Positions 35,212-41,763 of a DNA stretch of 41,763 bases are shown here, in pieces. Location: the NCBI RefSeq assembly GCF_001194135.2, contig NC_068985.1, positions 98,833,046-98,874,808 on the forward strand, written 5' to 3'. Made by a program: the position numbers and the translations under genes. Origin of the DNA: Octopus bimaculoides. Taxonomy: Eukaryota. Under the pieces are notes generated by a model. The model ran no database searches. It was not told where the DNA came from and was given only the letters and a program-made list of their open reading frames with translations. Position 1 is the first letter of the stretch; every line of letters begins with the position of its first letter.

Positions 35212-35549
35212 TATTGTAGTTGTTATTGTTCTTGTTTTTGCTCTTGTTTTTTTTTATTGTTGTTGTTATTGTTGTTGTTCTTTTTCTCATCTTCAACTAC
35301 ACCACTCTATTTTCAGCTATCAGCATCGGCATTAGCTGTAGCTGTAGCAGCAGCGGCAGCAGCAGCAGCAGAAGAAGAAGCAGAAGAAGAAGAAGAAGAA
35401 GAAGAAGAAGAAGAAGAAGAAGAAGAAGAAGAGCAATAAAAACAACAAAAGATGACGAAAATGATGTAGCTGATGATGAAGTTGATGATGATTGTGATGA
35501 TGGTGATGATGGAGATGATGAGGATGATGATGCTGATGAGGATTATGGC

Positions 35550-35599
<50 letters not shown>

Positions 35600-35605
35600 C
35601 GACAG
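35212..35605. repeat. Compound trinucleotide tract (TTG)n-(GCA)n-(GAA)n-(GAT)n
   Basis: Successive triplet runs; produces the poly-R/E/D/S pseudo-ORFs. Confidence 0.95.
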
Positions 35606-35819
35606 CGATGCGATGCAAAAGAAGAAGAAATTTAAAAATAAATGAAATATGACACAACAGATAAGTGGGTTGGATTGCAATTCAGAAGGCGATAAAACAG
35701 GGAAAGAATACATAGAAATTCTTTTAAAGTGCGATACGACGTACTCACACACACACACACATGCACACGCACACACACGCACACACACATACACACACAC
35801 ACGCACACACACATACACA

Positions 35820-35853
<34 letters not shown>

Positions 35854-37191
35854 CATAGATATACAACAAAAACCCGCATATTCCTCCCCGGCGCCATAGA
35901 CATATATACACATAAAATGTCATATACATACTTGGAAGAAAATATTTTTTGTATGATACTTATAACTCCAGTTACTTACAATTGTTTACGTAAATATACA
36001 CTCACACATTAACACATTCATACGTACCTACATACAAAAATGCACATACTCATACACGCATACATACANNNNNNNNNNAACATTTAAATACACACACATA
36101 CATATACATAGGCACACATAGAGAGAAAGAGACACACACACACATACACGCATATACACGCATATAAATATAGACATACACATATCAATATACATATACA
36201 CACCGGAAGTCCGATATTATAATCATGGATAATATTATCGAAATTAGTTGGATACAAACACTCTCAGGGTAATGTTATATCATCAGCTAAAAGCTATTAG
36301 CCGGTTATTGTTATCTAAACGAAGTCTTGGAAAATGTATGCATATAGACAGACATACTCACACATTCACACACAAACACATATGCGTATATATGTGTGTA
36401 TATATGTATATACGTATGTACGTATATATATATATATCTTTATATATATATGCATATATATATATTTAAATATATATATGCATATATATATACATACATA
36501 TATGTATATACATAGATACATACATATATATACGCACACACACATATATATATGTATGCATATAGATGCGTATATATGTATCGATATGTTTACTTGTAAA
36601 GCCATAAATATATCTTTATACATATATATGTTTGTGTGTGCGTATATAGTTGAGTGTCTGTATATATACACATGCGTACATACATATACTCTTAATAAAA
36701 CATTTATGTGTATTTCTGTATAAGTAACTACATAAAAATGTTTGTAAATACAAGTGTATATGAACATAACTATATCTGTATATATATATATATATNNNNN
36801 NNNNNNNNNNNNNNNNNNNNNNNNNNNNNNNNNNNNNNNNNNNNNNNNNNNNNNNNNNNNNNNNNNNNNNNNNNNNNNNNNNNNNNNNNNNNNNNNNNNN
36901 NNNNNNNNNNNNNNNNNNNNNNNNNNNNNNNNNNNNNNNNNNNNNNNNNNNNNNNNNNNNNNNNNNNNNNNNNNNNNNNNNNNNNNNNNNNNNNNNNNNN
37001 NNNNNNNNNNNNNNNNNNNNNNNNNNNNNNNNNNNNNNNNNNNNNNNNNNNNNNNNNNNNNNNNNNNNNNNNNNNNNNNNNNNNNNNNNNNNNNNNNNNN
37101 NNNNNNNNNNNNNNNNNNNNNNNNNNNNNNNNNNNNNNNNNNNNNNNNNNNNNNNNNNNNNNNNNNNNNNNNNNNNNNNNNNNNNNNNNNN

Positions 37192-37413
37192 TATGTATGA
37201 ATATATGCTTATGTATTTGTATACGTACTTGAGCAAAGTTGCGTACCTATAAACGTACAAATATGTGCGCACACATATATATATGTATTAAAATATGCAC
37301 ATATATATGTAAGTAAGTATGTATGTATGAATATATGCTTATGTATTTGTATACGTACTTGAGCAAAGTTGCGTACCTATAAACGTACAAATATGTGCGC
37401 ACACATATATATA
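37192..37413. repeat. Direct duplication of ~92 bp with 130-bp period beside an N-gap
   Basis: TATGTATGAATATATGCTTATG...GCGCACACATATATATA is identical at 37192 and 37322. Confidence 0.9.
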
Positions 37414-37619
37414 CACGCATACATTCTCACACGCATACATTCTCACACGCTCTTTTACATATATATGTTTTGCTATAAGGCATAAAAAATCAGGATGTAA
37501 ACTGAACATATATTGACAAGAAATGACGGAAACTGTTGTGAAAAAGTGTAATAAAGCCGCAGAATAATTTATGAGAAACAAAATATTAAACGGCAATAGA
37601 AAGATGTGGATTGGTAAAG

Positions 37620-37975
37620 TATGAATATAGGAAGAAAGAGATGAAGAAAGATAGAGGAGGAAGAGAAGAAAAGGACAGAAAAAAAAGCATGAAGCAGATG
37701 GTGGGCAAAAATGTAGAAGGCAAACACAGATAGAGAACAAATATAGAAAGAGGGAGGAGGTGAAGAAGAGGAGAGGAAAAGAGAGGAGTGGTAGAATAAA
37801 TGATAAACAGAATGAAGGAAGAGAAGGTTGAAGGCAGAAAAAAAAGAAATTATTAGATTGAAAAAGATAGGGATAAGGAGATAGAGTTAGAGAGAAAGAC
37901 AAAGAAAGACAGAGTGAAGAGAGAGATTAGGATAAGAAAACGAAGAAAGGAGTAAAAGGGAAATGTAAGCAGAGA
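37620..37975. repeat. Purine-rich (GA-rich) low-complexity tract
   Basis: Plus strand is predominantly A/G over ~350 bp. Confidence 0.85.
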
Positions 37976-39040
37976 TAAATATCAATATTGCAAAAGGCCA
38001 AGTCACGTGTGCTCATTTTTGTTTTTCTGGTCTCTGTCTTTCTCTTATATAATGGAAATATGGGAGGAGAAAGCAGTGGGTGTGCCGAAAGTGAGGTGAA
38101 AGAGAAAACGAAAAATGTATTAGAAAGAAAATGGACCGGATAAATAGAGAAGAGAATGGGTGAGGAAGAGAGAGAAAAAATATTTGTGTGAGGGAGGAAA
38201 AAAGAAACTGACTCACACACACACAGATACATACATTCATACATACATACACACATACACACACAACACGAACACACACATACACACACACACACACACA
38301 CTATTTGGACCCAATACAAACATGATTCAATTCGTGGAATGTAATAAGAAGGAACACATTCAACAGTAGAATGTAGTTATCAAGAATCATTATTACTGTA
38401 ATAACGATCGTTACTACGTTGTACAATGTACAGGTGGTGTAATTCTATCAGCATTTCGTCAATGAACTCGAATCGTCCCAGGTATTCTTCAGAGAAAATG
38501 TAGAAACATGCGAATTTTCCCGACAAAATATTCATACAATAATTGTACAATACACAAACTATCAAACGGAGTTGCACGGAAGCACCAACGCACCGCATCC
38601 TCTCAAGCATGAGTGGAGGCCTCCGCAATGGCTCCTAATTTTAGGCGACATCGCCGAGGATCTCTCCTAGCGAAAACACATCCATCCTTAACGCACTGCA
38701 AAAATTGTACTACGAATATTGAAAGTTATTCACTTAGATTGTATTGAACATATATAAGAAATGGTTGTTAACTTTCATGTAGACGTTAGAGTTGTTTTCT
38801 TCTGGCCAATATTATCATGGGGGCATATAACCTCCTGGTTTATGATCTATAGTATTTCAGTCGATAAATGAAGCAAACATCGCACAGATTTTGGCTTCTG
38901 TCTAGTACAAGATAACTAAATAAATGTTCGGAGAAACTGAAAACATATGTACTATAATTTATTGAACTTAAGTATTACAACAAACAAAAATACAAATAGC
39001 TTTTAGTGTGACGTTGAAAAAAGCAATTCAAAGTTATTAA

Positions 39041-39596
39041 TCACTCTGCAAATTTTAGTTTGTTGATCCCATGGTAAAAAAACTTCCGTATAGACAATGT
39101 TTCGGGTTTTATCAGAAGGGGCAAAAATGAAAAGGTTGTTCTTGCTATCCACTCTGGATGTCCCAACATATAATATCCTCGTGTGAGAAACTGACCTAAT
39201 TGCAAAGCTGTAACTTTCAAAATCTGACCTTGGGACTTAATGGATATCGTAAAAGACAAGCGCATTGGAAACCGATGTCATTTGAACTCGAAAGGCATAT
39301 TGGAAGGTATTAAAAGTAAGCGAGAAATAAAAACAACTTCAGCTTTTTCTACAACCAGAAATTATTGTGGCCTCTATGACCTTCCTCATTAATTTCTTGA
39401 TAATAAGTCTTGTGCCGTTGCACAGCTTTGATTGAGAAAGGTTGCGCAGAAGCATGATTGGAACGCCTATTTTCAACGGAAGGCAACGAGGAGGAGCTCC
39501 TGGCGGCTGCAGCGGGATTAAGAACTCAACCGGGTAATTGACTATTTCCAATTCATTCACAACAGAGTCAATAAATTTGTAAGTATACTCTTTCAC
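39041..39596 (-). pseudogene. Helitron Rep/Hel transposase fragment: Pif1-family helicase C-terminus, frameshifted and with stops
   Basis: [42 protein letters not shown]...VIEATI, then after a frameshift EVVFISRLLLIPSNMPFEFK*HRFPMRLSFTISIKSQGQILK. These are the Helitron Pif1 motifs (LLRNL..LCNGTRL; FPVRL.FA.TINKSQGQ). Confidence 0.92.
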
Positions 39597-39958
39597 TTGT
39601 TTCAGTCATTTGACTGCGGCTATGCTGAAGCACCGCCTTTAGTCGAGCAAATCGACCCCAGGACATATTCTTTGTAAGCCTAGTACTTATTCTATCGTTC
39701 TCTTTTGCCGAACCGCTATGTTACGGGGACGTAAGCACACCAGCATCGGTTGTCAAGCGATGTTGAGGGAACAAACACAAACACAGAAACATATACACTG
39801 TACATATATATATATATATACGGGCTTCTTTCAGTTTCCGTCTACCAAATCCACTCACAAGGCTTTGGTCGGCCCGAGGCCATAGTACAAGACGCTTGCC
39901 CAAGATGCCACACAGTGGGACTGAACCCGGAACCATGTGGTTGGTAAGCAAGCTACTT
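39591..39958 (-). mobile_element. Family B SINE abutting the Helitron helicase fragment
   Basis: Best-preserved copy: CTTGTTTCAGTCATTTGACTGCGG...CTTGCCCAAG...GAACCCGGAACCATGTGGTTGGTAAGCAAGCTACT. Confidence 0.9.
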
Positions 39959-40833
39959 TATTTCATTTCATTGAATTTGCCATAAAGGCAGTACACAGAG
40001 GAGTACTTACAGGCTGGACAAACACATTAATGGGATGAGATGAATGATGAGTAAGATGGTGTGAATGGGAGAAGACAGGAGCCGCCCGCCGAACTCTGCT
40101 TCTCTAAATCATTGTTTTTTTATAAATTTATACATAAATTTACAATTTGAGGCTATAAACCTCTTACTTTACAATTTCAATTTATCATGTCTTNNNNNNN
40201 NNNNNNNNNNNNNNNNNNNNNNNNNNNNNNNNNNNNNNNNNNNNNNNNNNNNNNNNNNNNNNNNNNNNNNNNNNNNNNNNNNNNNNNNNNNNNNNNNNNN
40301 NNNNNNNNNNNNNNNNNNNNNNNNNNNNNNNNNNNNNNNNNNNNNNNNNNNNNNNNNNNNNNNNNNNNNNNNNNNNNNNNNNNNNNNNNNNNNNNNNNNN
40401 NNNNNNNNNNNNNNNNNNNNNNNNNNNNNNNNNNNNNNNNNNNNNNNNNNNNNNNNNNNNNNNNNNNNNNNNNNNNNNNNNNNNNNNNNNNNNNNNNNNN
40501 NNNNNNNNNNNNNNNNNNNNNNNNNNNNNNNNNNNNNNNNNNNNNNNNNNNNNNNNNNNNNNNNNNNNNNNNNNNNNNNNNNNNNNNNNNNNNNNNNNNN
40601 NNNNNNNNNNNNNNNNNNNNNNNNNNNNNNNNNNNNNNNNNNNNNNNNNNNNNNNNNNNNNNNNNNNNNNNNNNNNNNNNNNNNNNNNNNNNNNNNNNNN
40701 NNNNNNNNNNNNNNNNNNNNNNNNNNNNNNNNNNNNNNNNNNNNNNNNNNNNNNNNNNNNNNNNNNNNNNNNNNNNNNNNNNNNNNNNNNNNNNNNNNNN
40801 NNNNNNNNNNNNNNNNNNNNNNNNNNNNNNNNN

Positions 40834-41045
40834 GTGTGCGTGTCTGTGTTTTTGTTTGTCCCCTGCACCACTTGGAAACGGTGTTGGTTTGTTTACGTTC
40901 ACACAACTTAGCGCTTTGGCGAAAAGTCCGATATAATATGTACCATACTCTAAAAGAAGTACTGCGATTGATGTGTTCGTCTAAACCATTGATGGTGGCA
41001 CTCCAGCATCGCCGCAGTTCAATGACTGAAAAAAGTAAAAGACAA
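40834..41045 (+). mobile_element. Family B SINE 3' half (plus), 5' part in N-gap
   Basis: ...GGCACTCCAGCATCGCCGCAGTTCAATGACTGAAAAAAGTAAAAG is the reverse complement of the family B tail. Confidence 0.75.
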
Positions 41046-41763
41046 AAGTCAGATGCTATAAAACGTCTTAATCGATAATATTTTATCTGCGTGCAAGAAA
41101 AAAAAAAAAACAGGTCAAGTGAGATTCGACTGGGTTTGAACTAAGAACACGAAGATATAAAGCTAAATATCAAAACATCAAATACGACGACAGAGTGCCT
41201 CATCTCTGCCACATACTTTCGTGTAATACACAAGAACCAACGAATAAAGATCTAAATATATAACAATACAGCATTTTTGTTTCCTCTGCTAAACAAACAA
41301 ACAAAAAGAAAAATCTCCGTATGCGCATGTGTGTGTGTGTATGTGTGTGTATTCGTATGTGTATTCGTATGTGTGTGTGTGAATGTGTATGAATTTATGT
41401 TTATGTTTAGTCCGCCATTTAGTTATCACGTAATTATTGTCTACTACCCAGCCATAGTCATTCTTTGGCTGATCGAATTTAATCACAGTTTCTTAAATGA
41501 GAAGTTGATTTTTCTCATTTATTAGATGAATATGCACACAAAAAAAAACAGGAAAAAAAAAACAAAAAAAAAACATACACCAAAAAGATACCCCCCTCAC
41601 CACAGAAAGAAAAAAAACAAAAACGTAAAAAACTAAATTAACAAGCATGTTTTATATCGTGCCCGTTAGATAAAAATGTTTATCTCTCACTGTGATCTAT
41701 TGTAGAATTTTGATCAAAACAGTTTCTTTTTCTACTTTCGTCTTTTTCTCTATACGTTTTAGA

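Noticed and set aside
35220-35645. Poly-R/E/D acidic or basic ORFs
   Set aside because: Translations of compound trinucleotide microsatellites, as at 10468-10696.
38380-38700. 82-aa ORF and GC-richer patch with a 12-bp palindrome (38402-38413)
   Set aside because: No recognisable motif, stops in the alternative exon frames, and a palindrome of this size is expected by chance.

Overview
AT-rich eukaryotic (animal) genomic DNA from a gappy draft scaffold with many N-runs, most flanked by microsatellites. The SINE families, PLE termini and extreme (CA)n/(TA)n/(TATC)n load match my recollection of Octopus genomes; this assignment is from recall, not a search. Nearly all long ORFs in the supplied track are artefacts of microsatellites or N-runs. 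Supported content: (i) three tRNA-derived SINE families (>25 copies or fragments, several with target-site duplications); (ii) decayed autonomous-element remnants: a Penelope-like GIY-YIG endonuclease, Helitron Pif1 helicase, two Tc1/mariner pieces and an L1/Tx1-like RT fragment; (iii) non-coding DNA-transposon pieces: a piggyBac-like MITE and a Tigger-like end; (iv) candidate exons of an unidentified minus-strand gene. The most notable signal is a set of minimal type-I hammerhead-ribozyme folds on the minus strand. Three lie in tandem right behind the Penelope ORF (915-1319), a fourth is at 9380-9415, and two homologous half-motifs lie at ~16.6 and ~29.0 kb. Three of the four full motifs carry U in place of the conserved core A6 (two CUGUGGA, one CCGUGGA), in two unrelated stem contexts. 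Also notable: a young SINE subfamily is joined three times at the same nucleotide inside the head of older SINE copies.
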